Shown: piece by piece, positions 45,543-54,226 of the stretch
Numbering within the stretch: position 1 is the stretch's first letter
How the letters are laid out: each line of letters begins with the position of its first letter
NCBI GenBank assembly: GCA_047621545.1
Contig: JBLHMA010000001.1
Span: 1 to 54,679 of the forward strand
Direction of reading: 5' to 3'
Origin: Cognaticolwellia sp.
GTDB lineage: Bacteria; Myxococcota_A; UBA796; CAJQPC01
Length of the DNA: 54,679 nt
Program-made: the position numbers and the translations under genes
The notes under the pieces: generated by a model
Seen by the model: the letters and a program-made list of their open reading frames with translations, nothing else
What the model was told of the DNA's origin: nothing
The model's database searches: none

Positions 45543-46547
45543 CTAAGCGCGGCGCCGGCGAAGCAGCAATAGGCCGAAGGCGCCCACCAAGCCCAACCAT
45601 CCAGCCGGGCCAGGCTGAGCGGAACAACCCAACAGACCGCCGCTTTCTTCACGGCTAAACGTCGGACGCGGGGGGCCTGCCGTGTCACCTGTCTCCCAGT
45701 TGGGATCGCTGTCTGCATCCGAATCGGAGTCGGAGTCGGAGTCGGCGTCCGAGTCGGTGTCGGAGTCCGAGTCGGCATCGGTGTCTGCGTCCAGGTCGCC
45801 AGCCGGCACGTAGTCGGTGATGAAGCTCCACTGGCTGTCGGTCCGGGAGGAGCCTGCTGCAGCGCCCTGGCGGTCACAGTCAGGCTGGCCCCCATTCTTG
45901 TTGTAGCCAAAGGAGTTGGCGCCGACTAGCTTTTGGGTGCCACCCAGGGTCATCAGTGCTGCGCCACCTGAATCACCGGAGCAGATGTTCTGAATGGTGC
46001 CCGAGTTCCCGCTGTAGGTGTAGATGATGGTGGAAGCGTAGCCATCGTAAGGCACGTCCACCGTACGCTTTACACCACCGTCATTCCGGTCATCGGAGGT
46101 GATCCCAAAACCGACATAGGTCACGTCCTTGGTGCTCCAAGAGCTGGCCGGGGACGAGCGGTTCACCGGCATTGGCGTGATGGACGTGATGCTCGTCTTG
46201 AGCTCCAACAGGCCCAGGTCGTGCTCCAGGGTGCTCGTGTTGTAGCTGGGGTGAGCGATGGCCCGCTTGACCTCGGCGTAATCCTGCCAAGAACTCTCGT
46301 TGTACACGTCGCTGGCAAACACGAAGTACACGTCCCAGCCTGCGTCCCAGTATTCATCGGCGGCCTCTACACAGTGGGCCGCGGTGATGACCCACTTTTG
46401 GGTGACCAGCGTTCCCGAGCAGAAGCTGCCGCCCGAGCTTCCCGCGATGGCCACCATGGATCCCACAGCAGGAAAACTGCTGGTGGTGCTGCCGTTGACT
46501 ATCGGCGGCGGCGTGTTGGCTAGAGCAAGGGACGTAAGCAGAAGCAT
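45543..46547 (-). CDS. Secreted trypsin-like (S1) serine protease with acidic linker and MYXO-CTERM tail
   Basis: PPPIVNGS, ITAAHC, HDLGLLEL, CSGDSGGA. The linker is DADTDADSDSDTDSDADSDSDSDSDADSD. The tail is GCSAQPGPAGWLGLVGAFGLLLLRRRRA. Confidence 0.9.
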   Translation of the reverse strand: MLLLTSLALANTPPPIVNGSTTSSFPAVGSMVAIAGSSGGSFCSGTLVTQKWVITAAHCVEAADEYWDAGWDVYFVFASDVYNESSWQDYAEVKRAIAHPSYNTSTLEHDLGLLELKTSITSITPMPVNRSSPASSWSTKDVTYVGFGITSDDRNDGGVKRTVDVPYDGYASTIIYTYSGNSGTIQNICSGDSGGAALMTLGGTQKLVGANSFGYNKNGGQPDCDRQGAAAGSSRTDSQWSFITDYVPAGDLDADTDADSDSDTDSDADSDSDSDSDADSDPNWETGDTAGPPRPTFSREESGGLLGCSAQPGPAGWLGLVGAFGLLLLRRRRA

Positions 46548-46597
46548 GGATCCTCCGAGGAACCCGAATAGGCCCCCTGACTATAGGCAGCCCGGCT

Positions 46598-47500
46598 CTA
46601 TAGAGCCACTGCGCCAGACTTACGGCGGCACAGCAGCGCAAGCCCTGCAGCCAGAAGAGCAGGTAGTAAAGGCGCTTGGCTGCCACCGCAGCCGCCGCAG
46701 TCCTGGCCCTCTGTTTCGAAGACCAGCTCCTCGAAGCCGGAGTCCAAGGCGCCACTGTCCATGGAGTCCCCATCGATCAGGCCCAGGGTCACCTCTTGAA
46801 CCCATCCGGCGTGAACGTCCGTCCGCGGGGAGATCGCGTAGCCCTTGCAGGGGTCCGAGCTCTCTCCGTCTTGGAGCACCTCGGCGTTGACCCCCACAAC
46901 CGTAGAAACCCCATCCAGTTCAAGAATGGCTGGGCCCCCAAAGTCTTGGTCACAGATACCTCTCGGCGCTGCAATGTCATCGTGGTAGCCCCACACCGCG
47001 TTGGCCGTGACACGCAACACCGGCACCTGAGTGACCCGCCGAAAGCCTGCGTCTGACGCACTGCTCTGGGAGATTCCAAAGCCGACGTAGCTCAGGGTAC
47101 TGCCCTGGTACTCGGCGGTGATCTTCTCCCTGTTCCATGGCGCTGGGGTGACCTGGGCCGGCGAGGCCAGCTTGAGCAGACCCACATCCGTACCCACATG
47201 GTCCCACTGAGGGTAGGGAAAAGCCTGCTCGACGGCGTGCTGCTCATCGAGCTGGCTCAGGTTCAAACCCAGCAGCAGCTTCACACTCAGGCCCTGGTCC
47301 AAATGGGCTTGAGACTGCTCTGCGCAGGATGCTGACGTGAGCACCCACTCGGCCTCGATCACAGTACCCGAGCAGAAGATGTAACCGCCCAAGTCATCGA
47401 ACTGAGCGACCATCCCCACGGCCGGGTTCTCCAGGTCAAGCTCTCCACCGACAATGGGCGGCGGGCTCTGAGCAAGCGCAAGAGAAGCGAAGAGCGGCAT
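46598..47500 (-). CDS. Trypsin-fold paralogue lacking the catalytic His and Ser (pseudo-protease) with MYXO-CTERM-like tail
   Basis: PPPIVGGE and the fold landmarks are retained. However, LTSASC replaces LTAAHC (Ser codon 47327..47329) and CDQDFGGP replaces CxGDSGGP (Phe codon 46940..46942). The Asp is retained (TDVGLLKL). The tail is CGGCGGSQAPLLPALLAAGLALLCRRK. Confidence 0.8.
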   Translation of the reverse strand: MPLFASLALAQSPPPIVGGELDLENPAVGMVAQFDDLGGYIFCSGTVIEAEWVLTSASCAEQSQAHLDQGLSVKLLLGLNLSQLDEQHAVEQAFPYPQWDHVGTDVGLLKLASPAQVTPAPWNREKITAEYQGSTLSYVGFGISQSSASDAGFRRVTQVPVLRVTANAVWGYHDDIAAPRGICDQDFGGPAILELDGVSTVVGVNAEVLQDGESSDPCKGYAISPRTDVHAGWVQEVTLGLIDGDSMDSGALDSGFEELVFETEGQDCGGCGGSQAPLLPALLAAGLALLCRRKSGAVAL

Positions 47501-47545
47501 GCCAACTCTATGCTGCCCCGCCTCTTTGAATGCGGGGAAAGCTGC

Positions 47546-48556
47546 TCAACGGCGGCGGCGTACCATCAGCAATCCTGCGACCAGGGCCAATCCCAACCAA
47601 CCGGCACCTTGTACGGGCGCGCTGGAGCACCCCCCTGCGGCGCTGAGACTATCAGATCCTACCGGAGAGGTAGGCCGCTCATCGCTGTCATCGGCCACCA
47701 CATCGGTGTCGGTGTCGGAGTCGGTGTCAGAGTCCGAGTCGGAGTCCGCATCGGTGTCGGTGTCGGTGTCGGTGTCAGAGTCCGCGTCGGTGTCCGCATC
47801 GCCGTCGGCGAGCTCCACATAATCGGAGATCCAGTCAATGTGCGTGTCGACGCGAGTCGCACCGGCATAGCCCAGGCAGGGGTCGCTGTTGACGCCGTCC
47901 CCATCCACAAAGCTGTTCACGCCCGCCAAGACCAGCTCGCCGCTGACCTTCAAGAGCGCCGCACCGCCCGAATCGCCCGAGCAGACGTTCTTCGGGTTGC
48001 TCGGGTCACCGTGGTAGGCGTAGATAAAGCGGTCATCGGCACCGTTGAAAGGAACATCAACCGTGCGCCGAACCCCAGAGCTTCCGTCGTTGACGCCGTA
48101 GCCACCGCTCACACCGTAGCCGACGTAGGTCACGTCTTTGCTGGTCCAACCGTCCTTGGGGGCCACCGTGTTGGCCAGGTAGATTCCCTGATCTGGCAGG
48201 GGCTCGGAGAGCTCCATCAGCCCAATGTCGTGGTCTAGGTTGTTGGCGTTGTACCCGGGGTGCGGGATCAGGTCGATGGCCTGAGCGTAGGTGTCGATGC
48301 TCGACCAGCTGTCTCCAATGATGAAGAAGGTCGCCAGACCGTAGTCGTCTTCGTATTGCTGGGCCGCCTCCAAGCAGTGTGCGGCCGTGAGCACCCAGCT
48401 AGCTTCGATCAAGGTGCCGGAGCAAAAATCGAAGGTGGTGTTGCCGCCATCGGACATGGCCAGCATGCCCACCTGGATGTGGTCCGAGGTCGGAGCACCG
48501 CCAACGATGGGGGGTGCCTCTTGTGCAAAGGACACAGCGCTCATAAGCCACAGCAT
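47546..48556 (-). CDS. Secreted trypsin-like (S1) serine protease with acidic linker and MYXO-CTERM tail
   Basis: ATG 48556 gives MLWLMSAVSFAQEAPPIVGG. The ORF is open to 48622. LTAAHC, HDIGLMEL, CSGDSGGA. There is a long D-[STA] linker. The tail is GGCSSAPVQGAGWLGLALVAGLLMVRRRR. Confidence 0.9.
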   Translation of the reverse strand: MLWLMSAVSFAQEAPPIVGGAPTSDHIQVGMLAMSDGGNTTFDFCSGTLIEASWVLTAAHCLEAAQQYEDDYGLATFFIIGDSWSSIDTYAQAIDLIPHPGYNANNLDHDIGLMELSEPLPDQGIYLANTVAPKDGWTSKDVTYVGYGVSGGYGVNDGSSGVRRTVDVPFNGADDRFIYAYHGDPSNPKNVCSGDSGGAALLKVSGELVLAGVNSFVDGDGVNSDPCLGYAGATRVDTHIDWISDYVELADGDADTDADSDTDTDTDTDADSDSDSDTDSDTDTDVVADDSDERPTSPVGSDSLSAAGGCSSAPVQGAGWLGLALVAGLLMVRRRR

Positions 48557-48634
48557 GGGGACTCCGGGGTCGGTATACGTCCAGGGTAGACACATGGTGG
48601 ACGGTGCCGATGCAAAGCCCACGTCATGCTAGGC

Positions 48635-49498
48635 TCAGGGAAGGAAAATACCCGCCACAACGCCCCCAATGAACACCATGCTGATCATCGAATTAAGCTG
48701 GAAGAACGCCTTGTTCATCCGACTCAAATCATCCGGACGCAGCAGCCAGTGCTCCCAGGTGAGTATTCCAACGATGATGGCGGCTCCAATCCAGTACGGC
48801 CATCCCAGCTCCCCGATAAAGGGCAGCCATGCAATCAAGCCAACGGTCACCACATGGAGCAAGGCGGAGACGATCATGGCGCCTTTGAGCCCCAGCTTGG
48901 CGGGAATAGAGTTGAGACCCTCGCCCGCATCAAAGTCGGCGTCCTGACAGGCATAGAGAATGTCAAAGCCCGCCACCCAAGTGCCCACAATCCCCGCCAT
49001 CACCAAGGAGCTGCCGCTCACTGAGCCCAGGATGGCGACCGAGGCACAGACGGGCGCCAGAGCCAACGCCAAGCCCAGAAAGAGATGGCACAAGGCGGTG
49101 AATCGCTTGGTCAGCGAGTAGCCCATGACCACGGCCAGAACCAGCGGCGAGAGCATCAAACAGAGAGTGCTCAGACCCCAACTGGCCAACACGAACACCA
49201 GCGCCGAGCCCCCGGTAAAGGCCCAGGCCCGAATCAGTGAGATGCGGCCGGAGGGGATCTCCCGGTCGGCCGTGCGCGGGTTCGCCGCGTCGATGTCCCG
49301 GTCCGCGATTCGGTTGAATCCCATCGCAGCGCTGCGGGCGGTGACCATGCAGACCAGGATCAACAGTAGGTCCAGCCAGGCAAAGTCGCCGTAGCGCCAG
49401 CTCATCAGGGCCGCAGCCAGCGCAAAGGGCAGGGCAAAGATGGTGTGGGAGAGCTTGATCATGCGGGAGTAGTCCGCTGCGCTCTTCATCAGGGTCAT
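48635..49498 (-). CDS. UbiA-superfamily aromatic prenyltransferase (4-hydroxybenzoate polyprenyltransferase / MqnP-like)
   Basis: About 8 TM helices. The first Asp-rich motif is NRIADRDIDAANPRT (NxxxDxxxD). The N-terminus is LSHTIFALPFAL. Confidence 0.85.
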   Translation of the reverse strand: MTLMKSAADYSRMIKLSHTIFALPFALAAALMSWRYGDFAWLDLLLILVCMVTARSAAMGFNRIADRDIDAANPRTADREIPSGRISLIRAWAFTGGSALVFVLASWGLSTLCLMLSPLVLAVVMGYSLTKRFTALCHLFLGLALALAPVCASVAILGSVSGSSLVMAGIVGTWVAGFDILYACQDADFDAGEGLNSIPAKLGLKGAMIVSALLHVVTVGLIAWLPFIGELGWPYWIGAAIIVGILTWEHWLLRPDDLSRMNKAFFQLNSMISMVFIGGVVAGIFLP

Positions 49499-49612
49499 CT
49501 CAAGCTCCCGGCGTGCGCTCTCCTAACGGGTGCCCTGCCCAAGTGTGAGAGAGGTGAAGGGTCCAAGTGCCCAGGGTCTGGGCTAGGTTGTGTCCACCTA
49601 AGGAGAACCCCA

Positions 49613-52378
49613 ATGACCTGGACCCTGCTGCTCTCATTCCTGGCCTGCCCTCGTGACCAACCCCAGGACAGTGGTGTTGAGGACAGTGGATTCGCAGACA
49701 CCGGGGACACCGGTGACAGCGGAACCCAGGATCCTGACTGCACCGTGGGCAGCCTCTGGCCCCTGACCACCTCCTGGAATGGCGGAGAGACCATCGACCT
49801 GGAGGTGGACTGCGCCGATGCCGGGGATCTGGAAGACGCTCAAGTCTTGGTCGATGGCAAGGAAGTAGAGACCTGGTCTACAGAAGGCGGGGTGGCCTTC
49901 AAGCTCGAGCCCGGAGCGCAAGCGGCCTTTGGGGTCTCCAGCGTTTCGCTCTCCATCCGCCAATCGAGGGGGATGCCGGGCCCAGATCTGCGCTTCCGCG
50001 TGGACCCCTCCGAGCTCGAAGACGTGGTGCGAACCCAGGGCAGCACCCCATTTAGCGACACCGTCAACAACGTCCTGGGGATCAGCGAGCAGGCACAGAT
50101 GCTCTTTTGGCAGAAGGACGGCCAGCTCCAGTTCAGCACCACCTTCGCCGGCAGCTTGCAGAGCCAGGAGACCGGCTTGGACTTGGAGGAAGTCGTTGTC
50201 GACAACGGCACCTTTTCCGGTCGCTATGGAGCTGGTGCGCCCGTGTTCACCACGCAGTTCAAGTCCAGCGCATCCGAGGCCATGTTGGTCCCAACGCTCG
50301 ATGCCACCAATGACCGCTTGATGCTGGCTCTGGCCACCCAAGGTGCCAAGGGCTTCTCGGTGCAGCAGATCCCGCTCTACTTTGAGTCCATCGGCCAGCA
50401 CAAGATCGACGCTGGAATGGAGGCTGAACAGGCACCGGTGCTCTACGACGCAGAAATGGCGATCGACGAGTCCGGCGCGCTGTTGGCCTTGACCGTATTG
50501 GTGGGCATCAACGCCACCCAAGACAAGCCATCCGCCGCCTTGGCGTCCTACTCCTATAGTGCAAAGGGCGGCGGCGTCTGGGTACGCAACTGGCAGTGGT
50601 CCGCTTCTACACGGGTCGCCTTCGCTGGGCCGATCCAGAGCGGCGAGGGACGCGGCGGAACCGTGGTGCTCGCCGAGGAAGAGGACAAGGACAAAGACAA
50701 GACCCCAATGCTGTTGTTCCTTCTCAATGAGAACGGCGAGATCGGCATCCAGGGCCACCTCGGGTCCGCTGGAGACAACCCCACCACCGTCACAGGGGCA
50801 GCCGCGCCCGACATTCAGGGCAAGACCGGGGGTCTCATCCTGATCTCACACAACGGCGAAGGCAACATGGCCGACTACCTGGTGCGCACCGACGGCTTCG
50901 AGTCCGTCACAGTGGACCAGGGCGACTTGAGGAATGTGCCCGAGCTGCAAGACATGACGCTGCGCACCAGCACAGACGGCAGCGTGCACCTCTACATGCG
51001 CCAAGGTCGAGCCGGCTGGGACGGCGTGCAGGCGCCATCGGTGCTCAGCAAGTGGACCTGGAACACTGAGAAGGGCTGGGACACCAGCCTCTCGCCAAGC
51101 GTCCAGGTCCTCTCCACGGGCGGAGACACGGTGGTCGCTGGCTCGGCAAACGACGCCCAAGCGGCTGCCCCTTCCGTGTGGCTGGACATGGACGGCGGCC
51201 GCTGGCTCGGCGACGGCGAGCTCTCCCTGTGCAGCGTGGACGACTGGTCCCTGCGCACCCAAGACGGGTGCGCCATCATCACGCTCCCTGGCGGCGAAGA
51301 GATGGACCTGGCCGTCGACCCTACCGCGCCACTGAGCTGCCTCTTGATGCAGGGGACCTTCGTGGTCTTGGGCACGGTCGACGGCAAGTCCGGCCTGGTC
51401 ACAGCGGACAGCAGCGGCACCGGTCAGGCCAGCTTTAAGAGGCTGCGGCCTGGTCGGTGGACCCACATCGCCATCTCTCACGAGTCCCGCTCGCTCTCGC
51501 TGCAGACCGACAGCGTGGGCGTGCTCGGTGACAGCATCAGCGACGAGGGCGCCTGGGAGCTCTCTCTGGGCGCCTTGAATGCGGGCGATCTGCCAGGGGC
51601 CGGTGAGTCCACAGAGCTGGACCTAGGCGAGAGCAGTTGGGCCTACACCGCACCGAGCGCAGCCAAGCGCGGCGGACCCTCCTTCTGGCTCAAGCCCAGC
51701 TCCACACAGCTTCGGGTGCGCTCGGGCGCCAAGCTGGCGCCACCGAAAGGCGATGTATTGGCCTCGCTCTCGGAGAATCAGCTGATGGGGGACCGGGTCG
51801 CGGTCTTGCCCAACGGAAACGCTGAGGGCTGTACATTGAGCACCTACTACATCCCCGGAAACACCCTGGACCCAGCACAGAATATGGCCGCCGCCGTCGA
51901 GATTGGCAGCTCCACCGCCGAAGACTGCTCGGACCTGCCCCTCCCACTGGGCGCGGCCGACTTGGACGGAGAAGGGCAAGGCACCCTGATCTTGGGGAGC
52001 ACCCAGGCGGACGGCAGCGCCAGCATCCAAGAGGTGGTCTTTGACGGAGCAGCACTGGTGGCCCTTCCAACAGTGAGCGTGCCAGCCTTTGACCAGCTCA
52101 GCATCCTGGATCTGGACGGCGATGGCCTAGACGAGATCATCTTGAGCTTCGCTACGCCCTACGGGAGCGCGAGCGGCATGGTGCTTCGCAGTCAGGGCGT
52201 CAGCTTGAGCTTCTCGGGCACGGCTTGGAGCGGCGAGGAGCTGGCGGCGGCCACACTGGACGGCGAGGGGCTGTACGGGGAAGAGGTCGGCGGAGATGCC
52301 CTGGCGCTGCGCGGTATTGGCGTGCAACGGCCTCTCAGTCCGGTGTTTCTCAGCTCTTGGGCGGTGATGCTGGATTGA
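49613..52378 (+). CDS. Large lipoprotein with C-terminal FG-GAP/VCBS-like repeats
   Basis: AGGAGA lies 6 nt before ATG 49613. MTWTLLLSFLACPRD has a lipobox. The C-terminal AADLDGEGQGTLIL and ILDLDGDGLDEIIL resemble FG-GAP Ca-binding loops. The ORF is open from 49445. Confidence 0.7.
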   Translation: MTWTLLLSFLACPRDQPQDSGVEDSGFADTGDTGDSGTQDPDCTVGSLWPLTTSWNGGETIDLEVDCADAGDLEDAQVLVDGKEVETWSTEGGVAFKLEPGAQAAFGVSSVSLSIRQSRGMPGPDLRFRVDPSELEDVVRTQGSTPFSDTVNNVLGISEQAQMLFWQKDGQLQFSTTFAGSLQSQETGLDLEEVVVDNGTFSGRYGAGAPVFTTQFKSSASEAMLVPTLDATNDRLMLALATQGAKGFSVQQIPLYFESIGQHKIDAGMEAEQAPVLYDAEMAIDESGALLALTVLVGINATQDKPSAALASYSYSAKGGGVWVRNWQWSASTRVAFAGPIQSGEGRGGTVVLAEEEDKDKDKTPMLLFLLNENGEIGIQGHLGSAGDNPTTVTGAAAPDIQGKTGGLILISHNGEGNMADYLVRTDGFESVTVDQGDLRNVPELQDMTLRTSTDGSVHLYMRQGRAGWDGVQAPSVLSKWTWNTEKGWDTSLSPSVQVLSTGGDTVVAGSANDAQAAAPSVWLDMDGGRWLGDGELSLCSVDDWSLRTQDGCAIITLPGGEEMDLAVDPTAPLSCLLMQGTFVVLGTVDGKSGLVTADSSGTGQASFKRLRPGRWTHIAISHESRSLSLQTDSVGVLGDSISDEGAWELSLGALNAGDLPGAGESTELDLGESSWAYTAPSAAKRGGPSFWLKPSSTQLRVRSGAKLAPPKGDVLASLSENQLMGDRVAVLPNGNAEGCTLSTYYIPGNTLDPAQNMAAAVEIGSSTAEDCSDLPLPLGAADLDGEGQGTLILGSTQADGSASIQEVVFDGAALVALPTVSVPAFDQLSILDLDGDGLDEIILSFATPYGSASGMVLRSQGVSLSFSGTAWSGEELAAATLDGEGLYGEEVGGDALALRGIGVQRPLSPVFLSSWAVMLD

Positions 52379-52465
52379 GCGCCACTGGATTGAGTCGTTC
52401 GGATACAAACGCACACAAGAAGTACGGTGAAAACCCAAGTGCAAAGCACATAAGGTAAGGACTCA

Positions 52466-53587
52466 ATGGAGCCACCCATGTTGCTGATCCTCTTGGCCTT
52501 CGCCTGCACCAACTCCAACGACGGCTCATCCAGCACCGACACTGTCTCCGCTGCTGTCGTTGGCGTCAATCCAGACAACTTCGCCGACGGCGCTCTGGCC
52601 ACCGACATCACCACCGTGGACTGCACCCTGTCCAACGGCACCGAGACCCAGTGCTACAGCATCACCATCACGGGTGATCCAGCCAACCACGACATCGGCC
52701 CCTTCTGCCCCCGCAACATCAGCGAGGGTGCGGAGACCGCCGGCAAGTGGATCGAGAGCGGCACGCTCTATGACCTGGACGGGGACTTTATCGTGGCCCT
52801 GGCCGAGTTCTACGGCGACGATGATTGGCAGCTCTACAACGAGAGTTCAGGAGCGGTCAACGTGACCGAGACCCAGGAGGCCTGCGAGGGCGCCGCCAAG
52901 CCCGATGTGGAGGAGCAGTACCAGAACCACTGTGTGGAGTGTGCGCTGGAGTACATCACCGACACCACCTATACACCCTCGATCAGGCAGACTGACCGCA
53001 TGCGAGGCTTGCGCTCGCACGCCTCCGCTGCGTTCTTCGCCCTTGAAATGCTTGCGCATTCCTTCGTTCTCACGCCTTGTGGAGTCGCACTCCGCTGGCG
53101 CCTCCCACGGATCATCTTGCCTGACCGAGGGTGTACCTTGGAGATTCCGGTCACGCCGACGCTGGCCAGCAGCGCCAATGAGATCGACACCCGCGGCAAG
53201 ATCGGCGTGGCACTGAGCGGTGTGGTCTTTGATCCGCCTGCCCCAACAGACGCCATCCTGGCCGCCCACACCATCGCCGCCTTCGACGACTGCGGTGGCC
53301 ACGTGAACCCCAACACCGGCTATTATTATTATGCAGCAACCGGCTGCTCGACGGAAGTAGAGCAGGCAGACCACGCGCCCTTGATCGGCTACGCGATGGA
53401 TGGATTCGGGCTCTACGGCAATGCGGCATAGGGGGGCAGCGAGCCCACTGACCTGGACGCCTGTAGAGGCCACAGCGACGATGTTCTGGGCTACCACTAC
53501 CATGTCGCTCAAGCCGGAGAAAACCAGCTTATTACTTGTTTTAGAGGCGAAGTGGCAGCAACGGAAGGTGGCGGACCACCTCAGTAG
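52466..53587 (+). pseudogene. YHYH-family lipoprotein gene carrying an in-frame MITE insertion and an in-frame TAG
   Basis: MEPPMLLILLAFACTN has a lipobox. DDCGGHVNPNTGYYYY sits at the position of the first CGGH...YHYH motif. TAG at 53429..53431 is in frame. The same frame continues GGSEPTDLDACRGHSDDVLGYHYHVAQAGENQLITCFRG to TAG at 53585..53587. MITE copy C occupies 52972..53135. Confidence 0.65.
52972..53135 (+). mobile_element. MITE copy C (164 bp including TA/TA), inserted inside the YHYH-family coding sequence
   Basis: Removing the 160-bp core and one TA restores gac acc acc tat acc ttg gag att ccg (DTTYTLEIP). The net insertion is 162 bp, which is 54 codons with no stop in the host frame. 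Confidence 0.85.
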
Positions 53588-53591
53588 CCGT

Positions 53592-53858
53592 TCAACCGCT
53601 CTGCGCGCAGCCTTGGCAGTAGAGGGTAAAGAACTCGACGGACTGCAGGCCCAGGCAGAGCAAGAGCGGAAGGGCCGGCAAGTAGCTGCGGCGCCTAAAG
53701 GTACGGACTGCGAGCACCACACAAGCAGCCAGAATCAGGGCGCCGTAGACCGGGCCCGGGTTCATGTGGCTGTTTGCGGCACTCTGGGCGTAGGGCAGCA
53801 GCAGGAACTGGATGAAGAGCGGAAGGGTCAGGGCGATGGCCCACTTGAGGTTGGACAT
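53592..53858 (-). CDS. Small hydrophobic protein (3 predicted TM segments)
   Basis: GGAG lies about 7 nt upstream of the ATG. Codons are GC3-rich. Hydrophobic stretches include WAIALTLPLFIQFLLLPY, VYGALILAACVVLAV and LPALPLLLCLGL. No family recognised. Confidence 0.45.
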   Translation of the reverse strand: MSNLKWAIALTLPLFIQFLLLPYAQSAANSHMNPGPVYGALILAACVVLAVRTFRRRSYLPALPLLLCLGLQSVEFFTLYCQGCAQSG

Positions 53859-54018
53859 GAGAGCTCCGGGGTTGGGCCCTCTGTTTCAAGTGGCGTGCCA
53901 GGTTTTGGGGGGATTTCTGAGCGCAGAATCTACTGCTGGCGTCGGCCCAGATTCGTACAGTAGATTCGAAGGGGGGTGGCTGAAACCCACTTAGAGCGCG
54001 CGTGCAAGTCCAACCTCC

Positions 54019-54068
54019 GTAGACTTGTCTGATTATCAGACAAGTCTACCTATCTGATTATCAGACAA
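54019..54068. repeat. Perfect 14-bp-arm palindrome plus adjacent partial second copy, upstream of the Y1 transposase gene
   Basis: GTAGACTTGTCTGA-TTA-TCAGACAAGTCTAC spans 54019..54049. TCTGATTATCAGACAA is repeated at 54053..54068. The core is AT-rich in otherwise GC-rich DNA. Confidence 0.85.
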
Positions 54069-54128
54069 CTGTTCCACGGTCACCCTCCAAGACTTGTGCC
54101 ATGCCAAGCTCCTGACCCAAGCACCACT

Positions 54129-54144
54129 GTCGACAGGCCTGTCG
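54129..54144. promoter_or_regulatory. Perfect 16-bp palindrome TCGACAGGCCTGTCGA, 83 nt upstream of the transposase ATG (operator or REP-like candidate)
   Basis: The sequence is self-complementary over all 16 nt. It lies between the large palindrome and the AAGGAG RBS at 54214..54219. No function is known. Confidence 0.4.
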
Positions 54145-54226
54145 AAGGCTCGACACCCATTCTCGTGATTGCAGCCACTTACCTCCTGGCACAGACCTTG
54201 CTTGACCCTCCCCAAGGAGCGCAAGC

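Noticed and set aside
52972-53135. MITE-encoded 54-aa segment (TPSIRQTDRMRGLRSHASAAFFALEMLAHS...) as a genuine protein domain. Similar peptides appear in ORFs at 23155..23349, 39355..39987 and 39749..40348
   Set aside because: The similarity is at the DNA level, in both orientations and in intergenic copies. The element is open in several frames simply because it is GC-rich.
53429-53431. In-frame TAG as pyrrolysine or programmed read-through
   Set aside because: No Pyl machinery or any other indication is present in the window, and this lineage is not known to use it. The same gene also carries a MITE insertion and a degraded motif, so a nonsense mutation is the simpler reading.
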